Notes under the pieces: model-generated
Database searches by the model: none
What the model was told of the DNA's origin: nothing
What the model saw: only the letters and a program-made list of their open reading frames with translations
Position numbers and translations under genes: made by a program
Assembly (NCBI RefSeq): GCF_009914755.1
Contig: NC_060940.1
DNA length: 64,000 bases
From: the human T2T-CHM13v2.0 reference genome, Homo sapiens
Strand: one strand, 5' to 3'
Shown here: positions 1 through 15,949 of the stretch, piece by piece
Position numbering within the stretch: position 1 is the stretch's first letter
Layout of the letters: each line of letters starts with the position of its first letter

Positions 1-440
1 GCCTCCGTGCCAGCATCCAGATGGGGGCCGAGGACATCTGTTGACCTACCCCGGCCCAGCTGCAGGGAGAAAGGGCTGGATGGTGACCACTCAAGCACAC
101 AGAGGCGGGGCCCGACACAGCTTCCTGGAGGAGGAGGCCTACCGCAAGGCTCAGGGCTCCATCTGGCCAGCACTTACCAGAAAGGGACGGAGATGAGGCA
201 GTGGAGGAGGGGGCTGGTGTCCCCGTGTGAGCCCCACAGGACATAGGGGGCCCTGCGGGGCATGGGCAGCCCCCCCGCAGCAGTGCTGGTCATCTTTGGT
301 GGCGCTTCCAGACTGGGGCTCACGGCAGCCCACTGCCCTCCCATGGTACCTGGACACCTGACAGTCTAGTTGCCTCTGGTCTTGGGTCACACCACGGCTT
401 TAATTTCAGTGACCTTGACTCTTGTCAGGTGAAACATTTC

Positions 441-811
<371 letters not shown>

Positions 812-2109
812 TAGGAGCGGTTCCCAGGGCAATGGGGGCTACGCCACAGGGCCCTTTCTGGCCCCCCGTGCTCCCTACTCCAGGGAGCTGCTGTTCCCCT
901 GCCCATGTGCCCACCATCTACTCTCTGCTTCCCTGTTGCCCCTGCACTGTACTGGGAGCCCCCACCCCTGCATGACATCTGCAGTGATGAGCGCATGGGG
1001 CGTGGCACTGAGGGCTCAGGGAGTCCATGGGTGGCCTCTGTGCCAGCATCCAGATGGGGGCTAAGGACATCTGTTGACCTACCCTGGCCTAGCTGCAGGG
1101 AGAAAGCGAATGTGTTTGGAAAGGCCCGGCCTGGCATCTTGGGAGGGGGCATTCAGCCTGGGGGTGCTCAGTTCCACCATGGCTTGGCCCTGATGGGTCC
1201 TGGCCTCTCTCGGGTGCTCTGGTCACCAGGCCTCACCCAGTGCTCTAAGTGATCAGCCCTTACCACCCCCGCCTGGAGGGCCAAGGCTGCCCAGGGTCTG
1301 GGCCATTTCTTCTGCCCTGGGCTGCCGCATCCCAGCTCGCATTCTTGCCAGAGCTTTCCAAACACATGCTCAAGACTACACCTTCGCTTTGGCCCTAACC
1401 ATACCCAGTGTCGTGTGCTTGCCTGTCATACCTACCCTTGGGGGCAGGAGGCCTGGTGCCCCCACTCACTCAGTGTATGACTCTGCCTCGGTGCCTCAGT
1501 GTTCCATCTGTACAGTGAGCAGTTGCTGACTCAGTGAATTTCACGCAGTTTTGAGCTGTGCCTGACTTCTGGCAAGGGCTCAGCCAGGTAGGCACTTGGC
1601 ATGTTTCCCCTTATCCCGCAGAGGAGGAGGGCGCAGAGTGGGTAGGCACATCTCCGAGGCAGTCCAGCTGGTTCTGACTGACAGGAGGCACATCCACGGG
1701 GGCCTCGTGGGAGAGGCCAGGACAGGCTCAGAGTGGAGGGCTGCCCCGTGTGGTAGAGGGGACTTGGCGGCCAGCAGGAGAGGGCTGGGCATTGATGGGT
1801 TCCCGACCATCTTGAGGCCACTGACTTTCGGCAGTGTCCACAGGGCCCAGCAGATGCTTTCGGACAGATCATCCCACGGTGGATGGCTGTTCAGGTGCAC
1901 GCTAAGCACTTTGTATGCCAGAGCCGCCATCGTCCCCAGTCTACAGACAAGGAAGCTGAGGGGGTTGAGAATGTGCCTGTGTTTCTGCAGCTGGGCAGCA
2001 GTGGGGCGTATCAGCACCTGTGATTTGGTGCCCGCTTTGGCTGTCCCTGGGGGGCTAAACCCTCGTATGTATCCTGAGATATGTGTATTTTCTCATAGGC
2101 TCTCCCCCA

Positions 2110-2255
2110 TGCCTTATGTCGGGATGTTTGTCTCCCCCACTTTACAGATGGGCAGACTGAGGCCGAGCAGGTGAGGTGACTTGCCCCAGGTCACACAGGT
2201 TGCAAAGGACAGAGCCTGTTTTGAATCCAGAGCCCAGACTCTTAACCACTTCACT
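2110..2255 (-). mobile_element. MIR SINE
   Basis: Core ccactttacagatgggcagactgaggc...gacttgccccaggtcacacag. Confidence 0.85.
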
Positions 2256-2849
2256 GGCATCTCCCCGGCGGGTGCTTGGAATGCCCCAAACAAGAAGCCT
2301 GCTCTTCAAGAATGACTTCTTTCTGAAAACTGACGATGACAAATTATTTATTTAATGGTTTTAATTTATCCCCCTTTCCTCAGAGAGTGTCAGAGGCAAT
2401 CTGCTTCCTTCTGCCTCTCAGAGCCTCCCCGTCTCTTGTTAGTGGTTCTGCTTTGAACATATTTCCTTTTATCATGTGGTGACACGCGGTGGCAGAGGGC
2501 GATTCTGGGAGAGATTGTCGGGGAGGGGGCCAGCTAGAGTTTGCATCGCTTTTGACAGCTAATTAGCTGTGTGTCTTTGCACCGGGGGGCCTCTCAGATG
2601 GCAGGCATCATCGTCACGGCCCTGAAGCCGCATGCCGGGACTTCAGAGGAAGCATGCCTTGGCCTCCCTCCTCCAGCCCCACATCGGTGATTTCTAGGGT
2701 AACGGTTTCCATTTTGGCCATGCCATTAGACTGTGGGCTTGTCAGCAGGAGAAAGACGCAAGGCCAGAACGCCTGATCCCTAGAGCCTGAATTTGCCAAC
2801 AGATCACAGGGTTCTGGATTTAGCAATCAGACCAGAGTGGGAGTCCGAG

Positions 2850-2925
2850 ACTCCATGTGTGACCTTGCACAAGTTCTGATCCTCCCCACAGCCCAGTTTC
2901 CTCATCCGAAATTGGGTATGGGAGT
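2850..2925 (+). mobile_element. MIR SINE fragment
   Basis: tgtgtgaccttgcacaagt...cagtttcctcatccgaaattggg. Confidence 0.7.
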
Positions 2926-3029
2926 GATGCTTGCTCCGTCTCTCACAAGCTTGCCGCGGGCACCAGTTGGAAAATGTGTTGCAATGGGAGCTGAAAAGAA
3001 CTCGGCGAGCCTCTGGGTTCCTCCATTCT

Positions 3030-3175
3030 GCAATTCAGTGTTAATTGACTACCGACTGTATGCCAGGCCCCGTTCTAGGCTCAGAGGATAGAGCAGTGGA
3101 CAAAGTGGACAGAGATCCCTGCCCTTAGGGAGCTGAGCTTCTAGCAGGGAAGGAGACAGTACAGGAATAGATAAA
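3030..3175 (-). mobile_element. L2 3' end fragment
   Basis: tatgccaggccccgttctaggc...tccctgcccttagggagct matches the reverse of the L2 terminus. Confidence 0.75.
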
Positions 3176-3484
3176 TAACACACGGATCCCACAGATCGCG
3201 GGAGGGCGGGGGCCGGGCTCGCTTACAGCACTCCTGACAGCTAATTAGCGACGCGTAGTGATTAGAGGCTTCCAGAAGAAGGAAGCTCACGCTTGGAGAG
3301 TGCGGGAGGGAAGAGGGTTGTAGCTTCAAAGAGTGTGGTCAGAATAGGCCTCCCTGAGATCATCATCATCATGATGTTAGCATCATGCTTGTTTAGCAAA
3401 GATCATCAAACCTTTTTTTTTTGGCTTGTTAGAAATACACAGCCTATTAATTTACAATTTTTAGGGCAGGGATTGTGACGCTGG

Positions 3485-3633
3485 AGTGTGCATCAGAGGC
3501 CCCCAGAGAGCCGGGGAATCAGGCTGCTGGCAGTACTGGGAGTTTCTCACTCAGAATCTGCGTCTCTAACAAGTTTCCAGTTGGTATTTGCGCTGCTGGC
3601 CCGGTGGCTGCAGTTTGAGAATCCCTGGTCTAG
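3485..3633. mobile_element. MER5-family hAT-Charlie DNA transposon relic
   Basis: agaatctgcgtctctaacaag...cagtttgagaatccctggtctag. Confidence 0.65.
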
Positions 3634-3668
3634 GCCCAAATGGACTTGGCTCTTGCATTAAAGCTTGA

Positions 3669-4028
<360 letters not shown>

Positions 4029-5009
4029 ACTTTTTCTATTTTGTATTCGTCATTCCAGGTTTCCTCTGCCGTCCTGGCCTCACAGAGCTGCTGGTCGGCA
4101 GGGTGGACAGACAGAGCTTAGTCAACAGCGGGCCCTCCAGCCTGGGGCCGGGGAGGGCTTCTAGGAGGCAGGGACCTCTCTCCCCCAGTGAGGGCTCCAC
4201 AGACCCTTAGCACTACCAGATACAGAAGGCGGGGAATGGTATTCCAAGTGGTAGGGCGCCTTGCAAGGAGGTTAGCAGTTAGGGATTATGGGGCACAACC
4301 TGTTGTGGGAGGGTGGGGGGCAGCTGGAGCTTGGAGTGGGCCCCTCTCAGAGGGCCTGAGGTTTCATGTTGGGGTAGAGGGGCCCTTGACCCGTGGGGTG
4401 GAATATCACGTCCCTGGTGTGGAATGTGGTATCTGTCCCACATCCCTAGCTTAATAGCACAAGGAGGGAGACCCTGCGGAGGACCCCGTCTCAGATGGGC
4501 TTGGGGGACCGGGTGAGGTAGAGGGGAGCCCTGGCCTCACGCTGGGCAGGCTGTTGTGGGGGTTCCACGCCTCAACTCCGGGGAGCCCCTGAGGTTTCCG
4601 GGCCCAGTCTTGATTTCACATTGATTCCCCCAGCATCACCGCCTCCCTCCTCGGCCGACTCTCCTCTGCACCTGCCACTCGCTGAAGACCTGGAACTGAG
4701 GTCTAAGAATCAACAGCAGAGGACCCCCAGGGACGAGAGGAAGGGGCCAGGGCCGGGGGTGGCTGCTCGGACTCTGAGCTCGCATGAGATCCCCCTGTGG
4801 ACGGCGTCGGGTGGGCAGTCCCTGGTGCTTGTCGCAGCTCAAGCCCTCTCTCCCTGCTCGACTTCCCAGCTGCTGGTGTCCCAGTGTGTGTAGAGTCAGG
4901 AAAACGATGTGAAATTGGCCCGTCCCCTGTGGAGACCCCTGGTGTCAGGTGTGTGTAGAGTGTGGGTAACCAGGACCGGGAGGGGTGAGGGGGTTGGGCT
5001 GAGTCCTCG

Positions 5010-5250
5010 CATTTGGAGATCAGACGCCCTGGGTCCTTACAGGGGTTCCCCTACTTCCAAGCTGTGTGAGGCCAGGCAGGTGACTTGGCCTCTCCGTGCC
5101 TCAGTTTTCTCCTTTGAGAAATGGGACAGTCACATCACGACAGCCTGAGAGAGCTGCGGTGAAGAGTAAACGAGCAGGCACCACTGTGACACCCGGAGCA
5201 GCGTCTGGCATGTTGTAAGTACGCAGTAAACGCGCACTCTTATCACTGCA
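5010..5250 (+). mobile_element. MIR SINE
   Basis: gctgtgtga...gcctcagttttctcctttgagaaatggg plus 3' part. Confidence 0.75.
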
Positions 5251-7969
5251 ATGGCGGGGGCTGCTTCCCTGCATTGGTGAGTTGGGAGAGTTGCAAGGGG
5301 GAATATAATTTTGTTATTCTTAAGGGCAAACAAGTAGCAGAATTAGAATGAGGGCCTGCGGGTAAAGGCCTGGAGTGTGGACAGGACGCTGAGACCAGCC
5401 TGTTTGCAAAGGGAGAGCTTGTCACCAATCCTGACTGCCTGCCTGCAAGCCAGTTTCATAAACGGAACAGAAAGGAGTTGGCGGCCACCTCCGCTGGGTG
5501 GAGGCAGACATGACTGCTGCTAAGGAAGGCTGATTGCTCAGAGTTGCTGTCCTCCCCCTGTTGAGTCTCGACCGCCCCAGACCCGCGCTAATGCACCCTG
5601 TGGACCTCACTGCTGACATCGTTGCCCCAGTTCAGGCCAATTCCTGGCCTTTTCTAGAATATGTCCGGACTATATCTCATAACTGGGCAGACCCCTCCTT
5701 TGTCCCCTGGTCAAACTCCTCATCTCGGGCATAACCTCCTTCAGGAAGCCTTCCCTGATTGCCTCCAAATCAGCTGACTCCAGAGGCTGATGCCTACCCT
5801 GCTATTGCTGGGAGCAGGCACTGAAAGACCATGTGTTTGGGGCAGGTTCTGGTTTTCATGAGGGAGGAATGTTTTGATCAGGCCATTGGGGGGCTCTCTG
5901 CTGTGCTCAGGACCTGGGGTGCCCGAACATCCCATGCATCGCCGGGGTCCAGGCTTGTGTGACGTAGATGATTGAATTTTCCTGATGAGCAGCCCAGGGC
6001 CAGGGCAGGTGAGGTCCCAGGTCCACGGTCACAGGGCTGGGTGAGCCTGGGTCTCTGCAGTCTCTGGCCTTGACATTTTCTGGGTCCGCTGTGCCTGGTT
6101 CTGCCCGAGAATGTTTGCTGTAGTCCCTGTAAGAGTGGCTGGGTGGCCTGCGGGTCCTTGGACAGACAAAGTGGAATGATGGATTTCAGGCCGCGGCGCT
6201 GGGCTCTGGAGTGAGGAAGGGAATCGCTCATGCTGTCATGGGAAGGCCGTTCCAAGGAGCCCGAGGCTCCCCAGGGAGGTGGGGGAGCGCCCCACCCCAC
6301 CCATCTGACAGGGGCCTCCCTCCCCAGGAAGGGCAAACTTGTCCCTGTTTCTGGGCACCTTGGGGGCCGTAGTGCCCCCTTCCAGCTCCGGGCGAGACTG
6401 CTGGGCATGCGTCCTCTCTCTCTAGGAAAACTCTAGCAATGAGCGAGCTTGATTGCTCAGTTAGAGAAACTGAGGCCCGAGGAGTGAATTCCCTCCCTGC
6501 TTCTGTTGAGCCAAATTGGAGATTGCCAATGGCAAGCATTCCAGAAGCATCCCGAGGCCTCCCTCTAACTGGACAGGGATGGCACCGTCTGCCAGGCAGG
6601 GAGCAGGGCTGGCACCGAGGGTCTCCGGTACAAGGACCTGTTTCTTCCCAACTTTGAGGTAGCTTCTGTTGTGCCCACTTCACAGAGGGCAAGGCTGAGG
6701 CTGATGGGTCTCCAACACTGCCTGTCACCCAGCAGACAAGGGATGGATCTGGTGCAGAGCTGAGCTGTGGGCCTCCTAGATGCCCCTTCCTAGTCCTTTT
6801 ACCCCCTACCTCTCCAGGGAGGGAAGGGGTGGTTTGGGGCCTGCCAGAAAAGGTGAGGGCAGCATGAAGGAGGGGTGGCTGTTTGCTGGGGGTATGCTGG
6901 GGCTGGGAGGGGTGGGCAGAGACAGGGCTCTAGTGGACTCTTGCAGGTACTGATCTTATGTGACCTGTGTGTTGAGGCCTGAGAGGCTGAGGACTGGAGC
7001 CACACAACCAGCTGGTGGGGAGTGGAAACCGACCTCCACGTCCTGTGCTCCTGCCCTCTCCCCCTTGGCCCCCCATTTCTGGACATCTGGTGCCTGCTCA
7101 GCGCGGGGACAGGAGGGAGCCTGCAGGGGGATGGCTCTGCTCTCAGCCACAGGCCCTTGGGCTCCGAGACGGCTGGCTCCTTCCTGCCCGGGAGGCTGGG
7201 CCTCTAGAGCAGGGGATGCGTCTCCCGCTCAGCTAATTATGTGGAAAATTGGAAGAAATTGCACGAGCCTTGGTGGGAAATGAGGTCAGGGCTGAAGGCT
7301 ATCGGAGCAGCGGCGGTGGCTGCCTGGGCTGGCCTCCCCTGAGACTCCCGCCCCTCGCCTGAGGCCGAGCCACATCCTCGGCCCCCTCCCCATCGGGGTG
7401 CCCAGGAAGTGGGGGTGGCAGTGGATAGCTAACCTCCCCTGCCCCTGGCATATTTTCCGAAACCATAAAAACCCAGAAGCAAAGTGGACCAGCTTTTCCA
7501 CCCCTGCCTTGTCCCTGCCTTCCTGAGTCTCCTCTTTTCTCCATCACCCCCTCGGTGACTTCCCAAGGATACCTGTCATGGAGGGGCTGGCAGGAAGGAA
7601 AGGAGGGCAGTGACCGTGGGGGGTGGGGGAATGGGGAGGTGCCTATGTGCGCACGCATGTACAGGTGGGTTAAAGGACAGTCACGTCACGCTCCTTAGCC
7701 ACCCCCTGCGAGCTTGCATCTAGCTGCTCTCCCCCAGCACCTGCTGCAACAAGTATTTTATTGAGCACCTGCTATGTGCCAGGGATTGACCTGCCCTTGT
7801 TCCCAGCTATACTCACTTTTCTTCATTCTCTTGAACACATCCAAGCTTTCCCTGACCCCTGGGTTGTTTCCTTTGCTCAGACAACTCCTATTCATCCTTC
7901 AAAACCCACTGCAGGCAAACCCTCCTCAAACAACCAGGGCACTGTATCGATATGCTCTTACTGTATAGG

Positions 7970-8190
7970 AGGCAGCATAGTGTCGTGGTTAAACATGAGC
8001 CATGGAACCAGATGCCAGATTCAAACCCCAGCTCTGCCACAGACTAACCGTCGGCCCCAGCTAAGTGGCCTCTCTGAACCTCAGTTTCTTCATCTGGGAG
8101 ATGGGGCTAATAGCAGTGCCCACTTCAGAGGGTTGTGGCCAGGATTAACTTAGTGATACTTGTCAAGAGCTCAAGTCACTGCCTGGCACT
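7970..8190 (+). mobile_element. MIR SINE, near full length
   Basis: ggcagcatag...gtggttaa...ttcaaaccccagctctgccac...cctcagtttcttcatctg...tgcctggcac. Confidence 0.85.
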
Positions 8191-9589
8191 GCCCAGAGGC
8201 TGCCAGGCTTTGTCACGGTTGGTAAGGAGGTGGGGTTCACTATGCCCACTGCTGAGCGGTCTGCTGTGATGCCTCTGTATTTCGTGACACAGTGCTGTCT
8301 ATCCTGCTGCCTTGGGGGGATTGCTTGGGGCCCAGGGAAGGGGCCACAGCTCGTCTACTCTCTGAGGCCCTGGTACTGGCACAAGGTGTGGCCAGGTGGG
8401 GGTTCTATAGGCCGCTGGTGCAGAAGCATAATTTCACACACAGCATCGCACAGCTGTACTCCCCCCGCAGTCCTCCTCCTGATAATGATAATGGTCACAG
8501 TACAAACACTGCCAGGTCCCCACTGAGTGACCGCGCCGAGTCCCCCAGTGATCCCCTCTGCATCGTGCACTCAGGTCACTCCCCTTCCCCGTCTGGCCCC
8601 TGCCCCAGGTGTGGGTCCTAGTTTGCTATCACTCTTCTATGAGTGGGGAGGGGGGTTGCCAGTCAGGGGTGCTGGCTTTGGGCTGCGAGCCATGTAGACC
8701 AAAAGGCACCTTCATCCTCGTTCAGGTGTCTGATTAAACCCTGTCTGGCCATAAGGACAGGTGTGAGGCCTGTGAGGCTGGCCTGGGGCACTGCTGCTGC
8801 CATGATCCCGGCGTGTAGCTGCCCCTGGAGCCCCCCAAGGGCCTGGACAATTCACCTGCCAGCACAGCCTCAGCAGGAGGGGTGCAGCTGTCCAGACACC
8901 CTCTGCCTTCCTCGGGGGGCATTGGTTCCCTCTGTGCCCAGCCTCCTGGGTAAGAACCTGTGAGCCACCACCTTCCAGGTGGACTTTGGGACCCCCGTGC
9001 TCTCTCCACACTCAAAGCTGCTCAGACACAGGCCCTGAAGGATGGGACCCATTTCTACTTGAGGGGGGACCAGGGGGCTAGGCTTGCCCCTGCCTTCTAA
9101 CAGGTTCTGATTTTAATGACAGGGGAGGGGGAGGCTGCAGAAAATGCCAGGAGGGAGGAAAGGATGGATCTGTGATGTCCTCTGAGTCAAGGGCTTCCTG
9201 GACAGTGACCCTGGGGTGGGCATGCCCTCCATTTTACAGATGGACAAACTGAGCATCAACGCCATTCAGAAACTTGCCCGAGGCCACTCAAGAACCATAC
9301 TGTTTTTTTCTTTTATTACCATGCCATCTAATATGGAGAGATGAAAATAAATGAGCCACCCCCACCTCCAATTTACTCCTTTGATTGACGGGAGGTGGCC
9401 TCCTGAGGGCTGCCAGGCCCTTCCTGGGGGAGCATCCCACGTCCTTCCCCTGTGTCCCAAGATGGTGAGATGACCTCCCCAGCAGCATCAGAGGCAGGCT
9501 GGGAGGCGAGCGTAATTGACTTGTAACATACAGACCGTGGCAGGCTGTCATCTGCGTCAGCGCAGGGTGGGAATACGCCTGTTAGCATG

Positions 9590-9630
9590 AGTGTGTGGGT
9601 GTGTGAGTGTGTGTGTGTGTGTGTGTGAGT
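9590..9630. repeat. (TG)n microsatellite
   Basis: Direct reading. Confidence 0.9.
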
Positions 9631-12600
9631 GTTCTCACCCTTGTGTTCTACGGAGGTAACAAAACACTCTTTCCTGTTAGGGAAATTCTTACAAACACAG
9701 TGCAAATGGCCTGTGGGGCTGGGGACCCAGGACAGAACAGGAGACTCCTGAGTCCCCGGTGCTGCCTCCCGTGCTGTGCATGCCCGGCCCCTCCCCTGGC
9801 CACCGAAGCCCCTCTGTCCAGCCTTCAGTGCCCACCTTGAAGCCCAAGCCATGGGGAAGGGGCTCCCAGTGTCCCCACAGAGGAGCTGCACCAGACGCCC
9901 TTGCACCTGGCACTCTGCAGCAGGTCTGCTGGGGTCTCTGGGCTTCTCCCCTGGGGCAGCACCAGGCCCTGTTGAGAGAGGTGGCACCGTAGGTGGGATG
10001 CCTGTGCCCTACACACACGCCATGTTGATGACCAAGCAGCACCCGAGGCAGCGCCGACATGTAGCTGCGTTCTGTGGACGCTTTGGAGGGCTTTTGTGGT
10101 TTGCATAGTGAGCCCGTGTTGCAGGTTTGAAGACTGAGGCTGAGAGAAGGTGAGTGATGTGCCTGAGGCCACACTGTTGGTAGCGAGGATTCAAATCCAA
10201 GGCTGCTGAACTCCACCCCATGCTCCTCCTTCCATGCGGCTATGTTACCTTCTGCTGTGGAGCCTAGCGTGGCTTCACTCCTCTGGGGTCACACTGGCCA
10301 GAAGGGACTGGACAGACGCTCAGTGGTAACCTCCCCGGGCCATCGGCTTCCTGAGCAGATCCTGGGGCTCCCACCTGCCACAGCACAACTCTGCGGTCTC
10401 TGGGGACAAAACAGAACCACCCAGGCTCCCAGCACATGCCTCTCTGTTGAGGCCCAGGTGATGATCCCAGTGACCTGCTGCTCTCCCTGTCTGATGGATA
10501 GAGAGAGTCTCCTTCTTGGTGTCCTTCTTCTCCCGGACATTTGTCCCAGCGACATCCAAGGCTCCACTCCGTCTGCTTGGGTGACTCTCCGAGGACACAG
10601 CCCCTGTAGACATTCGGCACAGCAAGCCTGGGATGCTTCGGTAGCCAGAGGTAGATTTTTCCATTTGCATCCTCTTTCCCAGTGTTTTCAGAATCTGGAA
10701 ACAATTAAAGCAGCCCAGTGGGGGCCGATTTTATTAAATCAAAGCTCTCGGGCTGTTGTATTTGTTGGATTGATGTTGCCCTGGGCTGGCTGCTTTGTTA
10801 ATGCTCTGTCCTGCGTGCGGCCTTGAAGGAAACACACACGAGAGGGAGGAAAAATCCATTTAATAATCCTCAGAAGCCCAGCTCCCGCCAGCTGGAGAGA
10901 ATGTCGCCCTGGGTGTTTCCGGGGTGGGAGAGGTTCCTTATGAGGTCTCGCCATCCACTCGGGAAAGAGCAGTTTCTAAATGTGCCTGTCTGGCTCCTCC
11001 GGCAGCCCATCCATCCCAGGCTAGACAGAGGCAGGCGGACATGGAAAGAAGGCACCCGGTGCAGGCACACAGACCTGGCTTCACATACCTGCCTCCTCTG
11101 TGCCAGCTGAACCAGCATTTCTTCCTTTCTTTACTGGTGCTAATCTCCCCCGTCTCACTGAGGCAGAGCGAATGCCATCAGGCCCTGTCCCCAAAAGGAT
11201 CTCTTTTTCTAGGTGCTTTCTGTGGCCCAGCAGCCCACCTGGCCTCAGGGAGGCCAGAAGTACCGGGAGGTGAATGCCCCGGGGAGGAGCCCTTTACTAG
11301 TGTCTGTGGGAATTGGTGTATAAATATCCCAGATCCCTCCTGTAGGTGGACCACGGAAGCATGTCTCTCACGGTGGGTCCCAGAGCCCCCAAGCAGGATC
11401 GAGTTCCAGTTGCCCACCAGGGTGACTGGCTCAAGCCCACCCTCTCTCCCAGCCTCTTCCTCTCCTGCCCCTCTTCCCCGCGCTCCTGCCTGTTTGACAT
11501 CTCTGCTCACATGAATGGCTCATCTTCCTCTCAGTCAGCTCCTTGGGGTTTCTGTGGGATGCAGATATATATTCAGAATCTGGTACAGGAAGATCAGGGC
11601 TTGGGAACTGGTGGGGAAGTATGAATGTGGTTCTTGGAGTCAGCAGTAGGACTTTTGGGGGTGAAAGGAGAGGCATCCCCAAAGCCCGAATCATCTGCCA
11701 AAGTGCGGGAGTGATAGCACTGGTGAGGCCTTTGCAGCCCACGCTGGCTTTCCTGCCGCTTCGCAGCGTGTACTGAGAGTCAGAGGCAGTCAGGGCCGTA
11801 TGTACAGGAGCTTAAAGCTGGACATAGGCTCAGAGACACCAGGGGCCTGTGATCAGGTGCCATGACCCACCACCTCTGCCACTTTTCACCCTGTCTTGGG
11901 AGCCTGTGACAGAGGGGAAGTGGGGAGAGCAGTGCCGCCTGGAGGGAGAGATGGGATGGGGGAGCTCCAGTCGGGCTGTGATGGTTTCTTGGTGAAGCAA
12001 TGGGTCACATTCTGGTTAAGATGCACCCTGTTCTAAGGGTAGCAGCCGGAGACCCCAGGGCTGGGGTCAGGGCACCTCAGGAGTGCCTTCGGGGGCTACG
12101 TGGCCAGGCCAGCGTCTGCAGGACGCCTTTCTGCAAGGGTTCCCCTTCCAAACCACTGTGTCACCCCTTCCCTCTGGTGGAGGCTGCCTCCTGTGCACTA
12201 CAGGGCATGGTGCCGCCAGCCTGAGGGCAGATGGCCCCAGACCCGTATCCTGCGTTCCCATCATCGTCACCATGCGGCCGCCATTAGCTGGGTGCACACG
12301 CAGGCCCGAGGAAGCCCAGGCTCCCTTTTCTAACAGGCTCCGCTTTGGATGTCTGAGTTTGGGCTGCACACTTCCTAGCGTGGAGCGGATAGGGGCCCCT
12401 GTCTTTGGCCGTGCTCTGCAAGGGCTATGCGCATGGGACGATCCGTTTTTCCATGTCTGAAGGAGCCTCAGGCCCGCAGAGGTGTCGGGGCCTTTGCCAT
12501 CCCTGGAGTGATTCTTTGGGCAACTTTCTTCTGTTTCTGCCCTGATTCGAGATCTGGTTTTGTTTCTACTTATTGGGTGAATGCTGACAGTTTCTATTTT

Positions 12601-12681
12601 CCTGGAAAACGGTCTGGTTTTGGTGAGATCTTTCTACATGTCACCCTTCGGCCATAGGTGGCATTCTCCTAAACCTTCTGA

Positions 12682-13234
<553 letters not shown>

Positions 13235-13504
13235 CATGGGGGCCCTACTTGTTCTCAGGGAAGAATTGAAGCCGTGACTGGCTGGGAGTTGACGGAATGG
13301 GAGCCTACAGGTGGGGGACCCCAGGCCAACTACTTGGCCTCTCCGGGCCCTGGTGTCCCCATCACTAGGGTTGGGGGTGGGGGAAGATTGAAAACAGTGA
13401 TGCTAGGCCATTGAGTCAGCGCAACATCCACTTAGGAAGAGTAGATTTTACTGTATATAATTAAGCGTCCCCAGTCAATCTGACCTTAGGACAAGTTAAG
13501 GGAG

Positions 13505-14262
<758 letters not shown>

Positions 14263-14264
14263 TA

Positions 14265-14683
<419 letters not shown>

Positions 14684-14933
14684 CTACCTGTCAGGTTTAG
14701 GAATGGCCTCAGGAGTGTGAAGAGGGCCATGAATGGGCAGCCGTCGAGGCCTCTGTGGGCAGGGGACCTGGCGGTTGTAGGGATCCCCAGCCTCCCACGT
14801 GGGATGGGCAGCTTAGTGTTAGCAGTGCTAACAGGGCTTAGGTGCCTGTCCCCCTCTCGCCAGTGGGAGGAACCAAACCCAGAGCGCTGGTCCAGGCTGA
14901 CCACTGAGGCTGCTTCCAGCCTGCACGTCCAGC

Positions 14934-15021
14934 CACTGGCACCTGCTCCCAGCAGCAGGTCACCTGCAGAAAGCTCACACTGGCACCTGCCTCCAGCAGC
15001 AGGTCACCTGCAGAAAGCTCA
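14934..15021. repeat. 44-bp tandem duplication (2 copies)
   Basis: cactggcacctgc(tc/ct)ccagcagcaggtcacctgcagaaagctca x2. Confidence 0.9.
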
Positions 15022-15949
15022 GTCCTGGACCCTGCAGATGCATGTGGGGCCTGGCCCTCACTGCCCCTGTTCCAGTTCCGGCCCCTCCTGCTGTTCTTGG
15101 AGTGAGACCAGGCATTTTCTGCAGTTTCTCCATCAGCAGCCTTGAGGCTCAAAGCGTTCCTTATTAGAGCTCCTTGGTGGCTGGTGCCTAGAGCCAGGAG
15201 TCTGTCAGGTGTGAGGGGCCATATGCTGTTCTGCTGTGGCTGGCCAGGGAGCATGACATGGAGCATCAGCCGATCCGCAGACACAGACCTGGGCCTGTGC
15301 GGGCCCCACCCCCAGACAAGGGAAAAGTCTCCCTGGACCACGTGGCCTGAAGTCTTAACTCCCAAACCACAGAGGCCTCCGAACTGGAGGAGACAGAACA
15401 GCTCCCTGCTAGGACAGCCAGCCAGGGCTCCAATAGCCCCCGTTCCTCCACACCGAAGGAAGGACAGGACAGAAAAGCTGGGCAGAGGGCAGGCAGGGGA
15501 CAGAAGCCCGGGCAGAGGGCACCGAGGGGCGAAGGCTCTGTCGGGAGAGCATGAGCCAGGGGTGCTGAGGGCTCACTCCCTTGGCACCAGCAAGGAGCAC
15601 CTTGGAGGAAGGGCCTGGACTTTGCATCCAGAAGTACCTCGGTGCGAGTCTCAGACCTGTCTCACTCGACAAGCCACCGAGTTCAAATGGCACCAGTGAA
15701 AAGAGAAGATTCCGGAGCTAGCACCCAGCATTTCATACTTTCCCTGTGGCGTCCTCTCTGGGCCACCCCCAGGGTCCTTGGCGTCAAAGTTGATTTCCAG
15801 AGGTCGGTCCTAGAGGTGGGGAGGCAGTCAGGGTGAGGGGACCCCAGGGACTGAATAGGGGCCTGTAAAGCTGCAGCCCTCCGCGTGGGGCCCTGGACCC
15901 AGGTGGAAACCAAGCGAAGGGATGAACCGGGGCGCTGAGCCCCATGTCC

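Noticed and set aside
1524-1533. NF-E2/ARE-like TGCTGACTCA
   Set aside because: Isolated motif at the edge of a MIR fragment with an imperfect flank; expected by chance
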